Origin: Minisyncoccota bacterium
GTDB taxonomy: Bacteria; Patescibacteriota; Minisyncoccia; Phycocordibacterales; Phycocordibacteraceae
Assembly (NCBI GenBank): GCA_041666305.1
Contig: JBAYHD010000001.1
Span: forward strand, 18,149 to 82,148
Reading direction: 5' to 3'
Length of the DNA: 64,000 nucleotides
Made by a program: the position numbers and the translations under genes. Positions 39,230-48,843 of the stretch are shown piece after piece. A model generated the notes under the pieces. It was not told the DNA's origin, made no database searches, and saw nothing but the letters and a program-made list of their open reading frames with translations. Every line of letters begins with the position of its first letter. Position 1 is the stretch's first letter.

Positions 39230-41377
39230 TTATTTGCGGGAGGCGATGATGTCCGCGGCCACATTAGTAGGAACTACATCGTAGTGGTCAAACTCCATCG
39301 TCATCGAGCCGCGGCCTTCGGTCATGGAGCGGAGAGTGGTGGTGTAGCCGAACATTTCGGAAAGCGGAACTTTCGCCTTCACGACTTTGTTGAGACCTCG
39401 TTCTTCCATTCCCTCGATTTGTCCGCGTTTGCCGGAGAGATTACCCGTGATGTCGCCCATGAATTGGTCCGGAATAATGACTTCCACTCGCATAATCGGC
39501 TCAAGGATGACGGCCTTTGCTTTGCTTGCCGCTTCTTGAAATGCCATGGATGCCGCGATTTTGAAAGCGATTTCTGAGGAGTCCACATCGTGGTATGAGC
39601 CGTCGTAAAGGTCGACTGAGATATCCACCATCGGGAAGCCGGCGAGGAAGCCTCGCGCCATGGCCTCGCGGAGACCTTTCTCGATTGGCGAGATGAATTC
39701 CTGAGGAATGACGCCGCCTTTGATGTTATTGATGAATTCGAAATGGTCTTCGCGCGTAATATTTTTCGCGACCTTCTTCTCCGAATCTACCGGTTCCATC
39801 TTCTTCATCTTGATCTTCACATGACCGTACTGGCCGCGGCCGCCGGTCTGCTTGATGTACTTCCCTTCCGCTTCCGAAGAACCCATAATCGTTTCGCGAT
39901 ATGCCACCTGCGGCTTTCCCACATCCGCAACGACGTTGAACTCGCGCTTCATGCGGTCCACGAGGATTTCGAGGTGCAATTCGCCCATGCCGGAAATAAT
40001 CGTTTCATTCGTCTCTTCGTCGGTCTTGATGCGGAACGTCGGGTCTTCGTCGGAAAGTTTGCGGAGCGCAATGCCCATTTTCTCCTGGTCGGCTTTGGTC
40101 TTGGGCTCGATGCGGAGCGACACCACCGGTTCAGGGAATTTAATTTCCTCGAGCACGATAGGATTTGCCTCATCACAGAGCGTGTGCGAAGTTTTCGTAT
40201 CTTTGAGACCCACTGCGGCCGCGATTTCTCCGGTAAACACCTGTGCGACTTCTTCGCGCTTGTCGGCTTGCAAGCGAACGATGCGGCCGACGCGTTCCTT
40301 GGAACCCGTCGTTGAGTTGTATACATACGAGCCGGCGGTGAGTGTGCCTGAATACACACGGAAGAAAGTCAGCGCGCCGACAAACGGATCGGTCTGGAGT
40401 TTGAATGCCATCGCGCAAAACGGTTCATCATCTGACGCATGACGCTCAACCGGTTCATTCGTCTTCGGGTTTATGCCGGTGACGGGCTTGAGGTCCAAGG
40501 GCGACGGGAGATAATCCACGACCGCATCAAGTACGAGCTGTGCGCCTTTATTCTTAAGGGCAGAACCGGTGTACACCGGGAACACTTCGTTCGCGATGAC
40601 CGCCTTGCGCAAAATCGCCTTCAACTCATCGATGTTCGGCTCTTTGCCTTCGAGATACGCACCCATCGCCGCATCGTCTTGCTCCACAATGCGCTCAATG
40701 AGTTCGGCGCGGTACTTCTTCGCGTCTTCAAGGAGATTCGCGGGAATCTCGCCCTCTACCACCTCTTCGCCCATGTTGCCGGTAAAGGTGTATGCCTTCA
40801 TCGTGAGCAGATCCACGCAACCTTCATGCTGTGCCTCTTCTCCGATAGGAATTTGCATGCGAATGGCCTTCGGCGAGAGCCGGTCCAAAATGCTTGCATA
40901 GGAACGCTCAAATGACGCTCCTATGCGATCCAATTTATTGATGAAGCAAACACGCGGCACCGCGGCTTCGTCGGCATAACGCCAGTTTGTTTCGGACTGC
41001 GGTTCCACGCCGGCCACGCCGTCAAAGACGACAACCGCACCGTCGAGCACGCGCATGGAGCGCTTCACTTCTGCCGTGAAGTCGATGTGTCCGGGGGTGT
41101 CGATGATATTGAAACGATATTTCTTGGAGATATCCTTCTTGTCTTTCTCAATCGTTTTTGTCCAGAAGCAGGTAATGGCGGCGGCGGTGATGGTGATGCC
41201 GCGCTCGCGCTCTTGTTCCATCCAGTCGGTGGTCGTTTCTCCTTCGTGCACTTCACCGATCTTGTGTTGGGAACCTGTATAGAAAAGGATGCGCTCGCTG
41301 ACAGTGGTCTTGCCGGCGTCAATGTGCGCAATGATGCCGAAGTTCCTGACCTTCTCGAGTGGATAGTCTCTGTTCAT
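39230..41377 (-). CDS. fusA: Elongation factor G
   Basis: AHIDAGKTT, RGITI, DTPGH, GMGELHL, GSYHDVDS. Confidence 0.99.
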   Translation of the reverse strand: MNRDYPLEKVRNFGIIAHIDAGKTTVSERILFYTGSQHKIGEVHEGETTTDWMEQERERGITITAAAITCFWTKTIEKDKKDISKKYRFNIIDTPGHIDFTAEVKRSMRVLDGAVVVFDGVAGVEPQSETNWRYADEAAVPRVCFINKLDRIGASFERSYASILDRLSPKAIRMQIPIGEEAQHEGCVDLLTMKAYTFTGNMGEEVVEGEIPANLLEDAKKYRAELIERIVEQDDAAMGAYLEGKEPNIDELKAILRKAVIANEVFPVYTGSALKNKGAQLVLDAVVDYLPSPLDLKPVTGINPKTNEPVERHASDDEPFCAMAFKLQTDPFVGALTFFRVYSGTLTAGSYVYNSTTGSKERVGRIVRLQADKREEVAQVFTGEIAAAVGLKDTKTSHTLCDEANPIVLEEIKFPEPVVSLRIEPKTKADQEKMGIALRKLSDEDPTFRIKTDEETNETIISGMGELHLEILVDRMKREFNVVADVGKPQVAYRETIMGSSEAEGKYIKQTGGRGQYGHVKIKMKKMEPVDSEKKVAKNITREDHFEFINNIKGGVIPQEFISPIEKGLREAMARGFLAGFPMVDISVDLYDGSYHDVDSSEIAFKIAASMAFQEAASKAKAVILEPIMRVEVIIPDQFMGDITGNLSGKRGQIEGMEERGLNKVVKAKVPLSEMFGYTTTLRSMTEGRGSMTMEFDHYDVVPTNVAADIIASRK

Positions 41378-41487
41378 ATGTTAGTAGTAAGCAGTTGCAG
41401 TGAGCAGGAGCAGTAAGTGGTAAAAAGAAAACGCGCGAGGGCGTTAAGTGAAGAATAGCTGAAATGCAGGAAAATGCAAAGAGGCAG

Positions 41488-41679
41488 CTAGCCCATTAAG
41501 AAACAAACTGCACCTACTACAAGTATAATCGGGATATAAAATACAATCTCTAACCCTCCGCCTAAACCTAAATCGTTGATAAAATAGCCACCACCTGGAA
41601 TTACAAAACCAATTAGGACGTAGAGAGAAACGATTAGCAACAGAAAAGCGCCGAATATTTTCAATCCTGACCATTTCAT
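41488..41679 (-). CDS. Small two-TM hypothetical protein between rpsG and fusA
   Basis: 63-aa hydrophobic, low-GC ORF. Confidence 0.6.
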   Translation of the reverse strand: MKWSGLKIFGAFLLLIVSLYVLIGFVIPGGGYFINDLGLGGGLEIVFYIPIILVVGAVCFLMG

Positions 41680-41711
41680 ATACGTAATGCTAGCACACAG
41701 CTAGCGAAGAA

Positions 41712-42176
41712 CTACCACGCGAAGTGGGCGAAGGCCTTGTTGGCGTCGGCCATGCGATGCATCTCGTCCTTCTTTTTAATCGCGTCGCCCTCATTCTTTG
41801 AGGCGAGGAGGAGTTCGGCGGCGAGTTTCTCCGCCATCGGCTTTCCTTTCTTGTTGCGTGCGGCGTTAATGAGCCAGCGGAACGAGAGCGCGAGGCGGCG
41901 GTTCTGTGGAACTTCGCGAGGCACCTGATAGTTGGCACCGCCGACACGGCGAGAACGGACTTCCATCAAAGGCGACACGTTGCGGAGCGCGGATTCAAAT
42001 GTCTCCAGAGGATTTGCGCCTCCCTTCTCAATCTCAGCGAGAGCATCGTACACCACGGCGCGTGCGGTATCTTTCTTGCCGCTCCACATCACTGCATTGA
42101 TAAAACGCGTCAAAGTTTCCGAACCGTATTTGAGGTCGGGACGCCATTCGCGCTTCTTTTTAAGAGGTCGGCGCAT
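41712..42176 (-). CDS. rpsG: 30S ribosomal protein S7
   Basis: SRRVGGANYQVP, HRMADANKAFAHF. Confidence 0.99.
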   Translation of the reverse strand: MRRPLKKKREWRPDLKYGSETLTRFINAVMWSGKKDTARAVVYDALAEIEKGGANPLETFESALRNVSPLMEVRSRRVGGANYQVPREVPQNRRLALSFRWLINAARNKKGKPMAEKLAAELLLASKNEGDAIKKKDEMHRMADANKAFAHFAW

Positions 42177-42178
42177 AC

Positions 42179-42595
42179 TTATTTAGCGGCAGACGGACGC
42201 TTCGCGCCGTAGCGAGAGCGCGCGGAGCGGCGCTTCTCCAATCCGCTCGTGTCGAGCTTGCCGCGTACTATCGTGTATTGCACGCCGATGTCCTTCACGC
42301 GGCCGCCGCGGAGCATCACCACCGAGTGTTCCTGGAGGTTGTGGCCTTCGCCCGGGATGTAGGCGGTGACTTCCATGCCGTTGGTGAGGCGGACGCGGGC
42401 GATCTTACGGATGGCGGAGTTCGGTTTGCGAGGGGTCTTCGTAGTCACCTTAGTGCAGACGCCGCGCTTGAAAGGCGACGGATAGAAGGTCGGACGATTT
42501 TTGAGCGCATTAAAACCGCGTGCCAGTGCCGGCACTTTTGATTTCGACGCTCTCGTCTTGCGTCCCTTCTTGGACAGCTGATTGATGGTGGACAT
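42179..42595 (-). CDS. rpsL: 30S ribosomal protein S12
   Basis: [29 protein letters not shown]. Confidence 0.99.
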   Translation of the reverse strand: MSTINQLSKKGRKTRASKSKVPALARGFNALKNRPTFYPSPFKRGVCTKVTTKTPRKPNSAIRKIARVRLTNGMEVTAYIPGEGHNLQEHSVVMLRGGRVKDIGVQYTIVRGKLDTSGLEKRRSARSRYGAKRPSAAK

Positions 42596-42603
42596 TTAGT
42601 TAG

Positions 42604-42685
42604 AAAACCCGCGAACTGCGGGATAGGGACACTATATATAAGAGTGCGCTGGAATGCAACTAGTATGATATATCATACCAGTTGC
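42604..42685 (-). promoter_or_regulatory. rpsL promoter, leader hairpin and overlapping 30-bp palindrome
   Basis: TTGCAT-17-TATAGT; ATCCCGCAGTTCGCGGG leader; gcaactagtatgata|tatcataccagttgc at 42656-42685. Confidence 0.65.
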
Positions 42686-42695
42686 TGACGACGCA

Positions 42696-43742
42696 TTACT
42701 CAATCGGCTCGCGATAGGGGTCGGCGGAGTATGGCTTCACCGGAGCTTGAGGAACTTTTGGCGCGGAAGGAGCCGGTCGGGATGGAGGAATGATGTCCGG
42801 CGGAGGCATCGCGCCCGGAAGATTTCGCGGTGGAGGCAGCACCGTTCGCAATGCTTGCTGTAACGGAGTTTCTGCGGAAGAACTCGGCGTTTTGTTCTTA
42901 TTCAGCTCGATATGCGGTTCCTCATGATCTTCAAGCAATTTGCTGCCGTCCATCGGTTTCGAAAATGACTGCGCATTCGGTCGCAAATTGGCTCCGACCG
43001 CACTTGGAAGCACTACTTTGGGCGGAAGCGGGGCAATGTTGGAAACCGGCGGACGTGGCGGCACCGGTATTTGTTGCACAGGCTTCGGTTCTGTATGTAA
43101 CACATTAACGGAGCCCGGTTGCGCTCCGACCGGCGGCTGCGCCGGAATCGGTTTGATTGGTTGTTGCGACAATGCCGGAACCGGTGCATTCAAAGCCGAC
43201 GCCGCAACGGGCACTTGTGCAGACGGTCGTGGAGGAATGGGGCGCACCGCGGCACTTTCTGCAGATCGCGGAGATGGCGGCAATTTATTTTCCAAATGAA
43301 AATGGCTTGTGGACTGTCCCGCGCCGGCTGCCGGCGCGGGTATCGGTGCAACAACCGGCTGGCGGGCAGGCGCGGCTGGCGGGATCTGTGGCGGTTTCTT
43401 TCCGAGCGCTTCCACGCCTTTCCGCATTTCCTCCCGCAAGGGCGAAAAAACCTGCGCATTCACATCTTGCACGATACTGCTGACCGTTTGCTGATTGAGA
43501 TTCGCTTCGGTAACAAGCGCTTGATTGAATTCTTCAGGATTTTCGATGCCCATCAAGAGCAACATTATTTCTCGTTCGAGGACTCCTCCTTGGTCAACAC
43601 GAAGACCATATTTAGCCGTCAAACTTTGAGCAACTGCCGTGTACTTACCTTGCGCGAGATAACTCCGCACCGGCGGCGGCAAAATTTGCATCACTTGCTT
43701 GATGCTCTGTTCGAGTGTCGGTTCCGGTTTTGTTTGGTCCAT
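42696..43742 (-). CDS. Hypothetical protein with long Pro-rich region
   Basis: Helical N-domain, low-complexity Pro-rich middle, C-terminal DPYREPIE. Confidence 0.8.
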   Translation of the reverse strand: MDQTKPEPTLEQSIKQVMQILPPPVRSYLAQGKYTAVAQSLTAKYGLRVDQGGVLEREIMLLLMGIENPEEFNQALVTEANLNQQTVSSIVQDVNAQVFSPLREEMRKGVEALGKKPPQIPPAAPARQPVVAPIPAPAAGAGQSTSHFHLENKLPPSPRSAESAAVRPIPPRPSAQVPVAASALNAPVPALSQQPIKPIPAQPPVGAQPGSVNVLHTEPKPVQQIPVPPRPPVSNIAPLPPKVVLPSAVGANLRPNAQSFSKPMDGSKLLEDHEEPHIELNKNKTPSSSAETPLQQALRTVLPPPRNLPGAMPPPDIIPPSRPAPSAPKVPQAPVKPYSADPYREPIE

Positions 43743-43751
43743 ATGATCTCT

Positions 43752-45947
43752 CTATTGCTTCTCTGCTTCAGGTTTTGTTTCTGGTTTCGGTGCCTCTTCT
43801 GGCGGTTTTTCTTCTTCTTTTGCTAGATTTTTCATCAAATCAACCAATTTGTCCTTAGTCGGTTTTTCCTTCAAGGAACTTTTAATCTTTCGTGCTGCTG
43901 CTGCAGTATCCGGACCATATGCGACAAAGGTAATTGGGTTGAACGGATGATCAATGCCTTCGGCATATGCGATTTTACTTGCCTCTATATCCTTTTTCAT
44001 TCTTGTTTCTGCCGCTGCCTTTGCGTTCTTCTCTGCTTCTCCAAGATTCTTGACGATATCATCCAATTTACCGAGAGCGTCTTTCAAGTCCGTTTGCTTC
44101 TTGGTACTCGCATCAAGAGCACTGCGCGCGGCCGCAAGCCGAGCGTCTCTGTCAGGAGTCATAATCTTTTCTTCCTCAATCCGCTTAAGCTCTGCTTGGC
44201 GGTCTTTCACCTCCTGAATTGCCGCTTCATGTTCTTTTCTTGTAACATCTCGTCCGGACACCGCTCTGTCGTACGTAGCCTTCGCCTCCTTGGCCTTCTT
44301 CTTATCCTCTTCGGTGCCTCCTTTAAAGGCTTCCTTGTGCGCTTCTTCAATTCTCTTCGCCTCTTCCTCGTGCGCCTTGATATTCTGTTTGCGCGCTTCT
44401 GTAAAACCGCCCTTCTGTGCCTCTCCAAGAGCAATAGTTGAAGCAAATGGAACATTCTTCAAAGCTCCGCTTGCACGCAAATCGAAACTTCCTGTTGCGA
44501 CGCGATCGAGAGTTCCTGAGAGCGCGCGTCCAGTCATTGCATTTATTTTGTTAAACGTCGCGCTCTGTCGCAATCCTCGCGAGGCAAAGTACGCGCCTCG
44601 TCCGACCGTTCTATTCACTCCCCATGCGGTGACGCCGAATGTAAGTTTCCCTGCAGTTTTCGTCGCCCAATCACCGCCGAAGGCGGACCATCGTTTCGCA
44701 TACACCGTGACAGCGAGCAGAAGTCCCATCGCAACGAGGAACGAAAGCAGTATGCCCGCGAAACCGGGAAGATTGGCGTTGTTCACGAATCCTGTCCACC
44801 ATCCTCCGCTGACAGTATTTGCGCTATTCAAACCAAAACCGGTGAGGAATTGCACATCGGTGATGACCGCGAGCGCGATGTAGAGCATCAGAAGCAAAAT
44901 GGGCGCGGTAATGGTTTGGTGAAAGAGCGTCGTCCAATAATCTTTTGCCCGCGCGGCAAATCCAGGTATCGCCAAGCCCGCGAAACCGATGGGCGCGACA
45001 ATAATTAGAAAAACGAGCGCCACAAAACGCGCAATAAGCACGAACGCAAGCGAAAACATCACGAACGCCGTGACAATGAAAAGAATGATGCCCATGAAAC
45101 CGATAAGCCACGGGTTGCCGCCTTGAAATATTTGTGAATTCGCGACGCCATTACCGTAGATGGTCGGGAGCCCCAATTTGGACATGATCGCGTTTGAGAT
45201 GCCTTCATTTGCGGTAGTGAGCGTGGCACCCGACGCGGTAGTTAACAAGCCGGACGCTGATTGCGTCGGCAGGGTACCGCCGACGATTTGCTTATAAAAT
45301 TGTGTCGCGAAGAGATTGCCGGTATCGATGATGGCTTCGGATATGAAAAGAGAGAAATTGAGGAAGACGGCGGCAACGAGCATCATCGGAAGCATTTTTT
45401 TACCGCCGCCATACCAATCCACGTTCAAAATGGTCGTGATGCCGACCGCGAGAAAACCGAATATGAGCATGATGTTGCCGATGTCGCGCAAGATGCGCCA
45501 CGTGACGCCTATAGCGGAGAGATGGTTCACATAATTCCCCATCGTGACGACGGTGTAGTACGCCGCGTAATTGAGCGTGAGCGCGGCGACGCCCAGGAGC
45601 CACGCAAAAAGCTCCATGATCTTTATCATGATGAAGTTGTAGGGCGAGCTGGGGCTCGTATCACCTTTGTAGGTGGACGGCGTTTTGGCGGTTGCCGGAT
45701 CCGTTGGTGAAGCCGCAACCGCGCCGTTCGGAACACAGAGTCCTGCGGCATTCAGTGTCCCGGGATTGCCGTCGGCATCACAAGAAACTCCCGTCGAAGC
45801 GTTATTGGGAACGCATAGCCCGCTCGCTTGTATCGTTCCTGCATTTCCATCAGCGTCGCAAGGATCACCGACTGCGGCTTGTGCAGCACCCGCCGCGCCC
45901 ACAACGAGCGCGAGTAGTATAAGCAAAGATAAGGAAAAGCGTTTCAT
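43752..45947 (-). CDS. Multi-pass membrane protein, VirB6/TrbL-like, with coiled-coil tail
   Basis: Signal peptide, two Cys repeats, WRILRDIGN...VFLNFSLFISEAIID, several TMs, charged C-terminus. Confidence 0.65.
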   Translation of the reverse strand: MKRFSLSLLILLALVVGAAGAAQAAVGDPCDADGNAGTIQASGLCVPNNASTGVSCDADGNPGTLNAAGLCVPNGAVAASPTDPATAKTPSTYKGDTSPSSPYNFIMIKIMELFAWLLGVAALTLNYAAYYTVVTMGNYVNHLSAIGVTWRILRDIGNIMLIFGFLAVGITTILNVDWYGGGKKMLPMMLVAAVFLNFSLFISEAIIDTGNLFATQFYKQIVGGTLPTQSASGLLTTASGATLTTANEGISNAIMSKLGLPTIYGNGVANSQIFQGGNPWLIGFMGIILFIVTAFVMFSLAFVLIARFVALVFLIIVAPIGFAGLAIPGFAARAKDYWTTLFHQTITAPILLLMLYIALAVITDVQFLTGFGLNSANTVSGGWWTGFVNNANLPGFAGILLSFLVAMGLLLAVTVYAKRWSAFGGDWATKTAGKLTFGVTAWGVNRTVGRGAYFASRGLRQSATFNKINAMTGRALSGTLDRVATGSFDLRASGALKNVPFASTIALGEAQKGGFTEARKQNIKAHEEEAKRIEEAHKEAFKGGTEEDKKKAKEAKATYDRAVSGRDVTRKEHEAAIQEVKDRQAELKRIEEEKIMTPDRDARLAAARSALDASTKKQTDLKDALGKLDDIVKNLGEAEKNAKAAAETRMKKDIEASKIAYAEGIDHPFNPITFVAYGPDTAAAARKIKSSLKEKPTKDKLVDLMKNLAKEEEKPPEEAPKPETKPEAEKQ

Positions 45948-45951
45948 ACCG

Positions 45952-47730
45952 TTAGCCGCCGGATGAATAGGTCGTGTCATACGTCACATACAAGGATGAG
46001 TTCGGATTGCAGACCGTGGTCTTGAGCGCCTCTGCATTGGTTTTGATGAGATTCATTCGGTCAACGATCGAGCTCCCTGCAACGGTGAGCGAACCGTCCG
46101 GGGTCGCCCTTGCTCCACCGAATGCTTGTGCATTTTCTTGTATCGTCGCAACATCGGCCGCCGTAGGAGGCATCGCTGAAAGCGTTTGCGTGTCGGCAGT
46201 GAGCGCATCTGTGGCGGCGGTGTTTACCGTGGTGAGAGAAGTTAACGCAAGCGCTTCCGACTCCACTTTGAGAGCGAACGCTTGTGTGGCGGAAACAGAA
46301 CCGGGTGCTGCCAATGCTTGTATGAGCACGGGATCTATCAAAGTTGTGATCGCTTCATGCGCAGCCACGGCTTGCGCGCGACTCGCGTCAATGAAGACGG
46401 AATGGGTGCTGGCGATGGCCGCTGGCGATGGAGTTATGAAGACCGCACCTTCGGCTGTGTTCCCGGAGTTTATGAGCGCTTCCGCGGCAGTGTCGGCGGC
46501 AGCGACGCAGAACGTCGCCAAACCGGCGGCAGTCGTGGAAGCCGTATCCGCTGCTATAGCGATGGTATTCCACGCATCGACATAGGAAGTAACCTGTGCG
46601 GCCTTTGATTGCGCGATGGATGCGGCGGATGCGGACGCAGACGCATTATCCGCTGCGTAGTTCTGCAATTGCGTTGTAATCGGAGCGGCTCCGCTACTTG
46701 ACGATTGCGACACGCCGAAAAGTCCCGTGCCACCAAGAACGTTCCTGATAAGAGTGGTCACGATTGCACCGAGCGCAGCGTCAAGATCTTGAGCATTCAC
46801 AAGCTGGTCGATGCCCGAACCAAGCGTCTTCTGCGTGTATCCGAGAATGACTGAACCGGGAGTCTGAACTTTACCTGGCGTGTTGTCTTTATTGATACAG
46901 GAAACTCCAGGACTAACACCTGCGGCACCCGATGAAGAGGTCGTGTTGTCGACGCCGCACCACGAGAGGAACCCTCCCGATTGCATCAAATCTTGCCGCC
47001 GGTTGGTCTGGGCTTGATTCACCTGACTGCCTAGCTGGCTCTGCGCTACTTGATACAACGTGTAAGGATTGTTCTGGTCCTGAGTCGTCAGCGCGAACCA
47101 CGCGGGGATACCACCCCCTTGCACCCAATTGCCGGTGAGAAAAGCCGTTTGATTCGGCGACGACTTCGCGAGTGTGGACTGATTTGCGGCAAAGAAGCCC
47201 GCCATGCTCGTCTGCTGGGAATAATTTTTCATCAGTGAGGAAGCGATAGCCGGCCCGAAAGGAGAATTGAAGCCGGCGGTGATCTGATTGATGAAAGGAA
47301 TAGCAACCGCATTGCCGACGCTCTGCAAATGCAGTCCGAGATTCAGCACGAATGAGGGCTGGCCGGTCCCGTTCCCGCCATTGATCCAATTTATGGTGCT
47401 TGCGGTGATCTGTTGCAGGATCATGCGCGCGAGCGCGCGAGCGAGCGGCATGATGATGCTGGTAGTAATGCAGTCGGTCGCATTCGAACTCGCGGAGACC
47501 GAGGTGTTGGATTGCATCAACAGGTTGGTCACGGGAACTCCCGCAAGCGCGGTGACCGTGGAGGTGAGAGCGGTGCTGCCAATGCCGAGAAGACCGCCGA
47601 CGCAACTCACCGCACCAAAGATGCCTCCTGCGGCACGTGCCTTTTGCGGTGCGGCAAAAAATGCGACAGGCACTATCAGTATGGTGATGAGTACTGTCGC
47701 AAGTGCACCAGCAAAAGGGTTTCTACTCAT
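45952..47730 (-). CDS. Large secreted/surface hypothetical protein
   Basis: Signal peptide, STINWINGG...PSFV, GFLSWC..C..TPGSVI, Ala/Thr-rich tail. Confidence 0.75.
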   Translation of the reverse strand: MSRNPFAGALATVLITILIVPVAFFAAPQKARAAGGIFGAVSCVGGLLGIGSTALTSTVTALAGVPVTNLLMQSNTSVSASSNATDCITTSIIMPLARALARMILQQITASTINWINGGNGTGQPSFVLNLGLHLQSVGNAVAIPFINQITAGFNSPFGPAIASSLMKNYSQQTSMAGFFAANQSTLAKSSPNQTAFLTGNWVQGGGIPAWFALTTQDQNNPYTLYQVAQSQLGSQVNQAQTNRRQDLMQSGGFLSWCGVDNTTSSSGAAGVSPGVSCINKDNTPGKVQTPGSVILGYTQKTLGSGIDQLVNAQDLDAALGAIVTTLIRNVLGGTGLFGVSQSSSSGAAPITTQLQNYAADNASASASAASIAQSKAAQVTSYVDAWNTIAIAADTASTTAAGLATFCVAAADTAAEALINSGNTAEGAVFITPSPAAIASTHSVFIDASRAQAVAAHEAITTLIDPVLIQALAAPGSVSATQAFALKVESEALALTSLTTVNTAATDALTADTQTLSAMPPTAADVATIQENAQAFGGARATPDGSLTVAGSSIVDRMNLIKTNAEALKTTVCNPNSSLYVTYDTTYSSGG

Positions 47731-48743
47731 AGCTTGTTGGCCGCTGTAAGGAACAATGCGCCCGGTGTTCCCGCGGGAAGCGTGACACCGGCGGCGGCAT
47801 ACATATCCCCAATGTCGGCGAATGCTTTCCCGAGAGCTTGCGACGCCGGCAGATATTGTTGGAGCGCCAGCATCGCGGTTAGCGGATCGGCATTCACATG
47901 AGCGAAATCATTTATGACTTCACTGATGCGCATGAGCGCATTCACGAGTGCGAGATTTTGTGCCGCAAGCTCGCGCGGCACTGTGAGCGCCGAAAGCCCC
48001 GCAGCGCCGTTCCGATATGCTTTCGCTATCGCGGCGAGGTGCGTAAGTGCTACGGTGTCGTTATTGTCGACCGCGTATTGAAGATACACAAGCTCACTCG
48101 TTGTTGCGGTCGTACTGTTCTTGAGGAAAATCGCCTCGGCATCAACAGCAAATGCTTTGAGCGCCTCCGCTCCTCCGCCTGAGATCGTAAGATCCCGTAG
48201 AGATTTAAAATCCGGTGCGGGAGCGACGGAAGTCGTAAGGGCTTTGAGCGCTTGATTCTCGACGTCCTGTATTTGAGCATCGGTGAGATCGGCGCCGCCA
48301 TTCGCTTGTTTCGCCGCAACGTAGAGCGAGAAGAAATTTTTAGAGAACGCGTCAGTGAGCGAGCCTTCGGTGGGTGCCGCGACCCCGTTCGCCGCGTAGT
48401 CAATGTTGCTACTGGTCGCTCCGGTCGATGTCACTGTCTGAATATCCGCGATCGCCTTCGGTACGATGAGGCCTTTCGCGACCGCTTCGCCGTCGGTCAT
48501 GCCGAGATGAAAAGTGTCCGTCGCGTGAGGGTCGGCGCCGTAGAGCGCCTCTTCCCAATCAGGTAGCCCGTCGCTGTCGGAATCTTTCGACGCGATGGCC
48601 TGAAGAAGCGCGGTCTCGGTAGACGCTTGCGCAAGCGATGGGGATTCGATGCCGCGCGCGAGGATATATGCGCCAACAACCAGTACTGCCGAAAAAAGCG
48701 TTGCAGCTAGAACTCGCCAATGTGGAAGTATCCTTTCCCCCAT
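47727..48743 (-). CDS. Membrane-anchored protein with Ca-binding-like DSDSDGLPDWEE motif
   Basis: N-terminal TM and bacterial TSP3-like repeat. Confidence 0.75.
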   Translation of the reverse strand: MGERILPHWRVLAATLFSAVLVVGAYILARGIESPSLAQASTETALLQAIASKDSDSDGLPDWEEALYGADPHATDTFHLGMTDGEAVAKGLIVPKAIADIQTVTSTGATSSNIDYAANGVAAPTEGSLTDAFSKNFFSLYVAAKQANGGADLTDAQIQDVENQALKALTTSVAPAPDFKSLRDLTISGGGAEALKAFAVDAEAIFLKNSTTATTSELVYLQYAVDNNDTVALTHLAAIAKAYRNGAAGLSALTVPRELAAQNLALVNALMRISEVINDFAHVNADPLTAMLALQQYLPASQALGKAFADIGDMYAAAGVTLPAGTPGALFLTAANKL

Positions 48744-48843
48744 AGTATCGCTCTAAAGTATAGCAGTCACACCCAGAAAAAGGAGTGGCAGTATCTGTAT
48801 AAAGGTGCATTAGCAATGAATAGGTGCGTGGTACCCTGTATGC

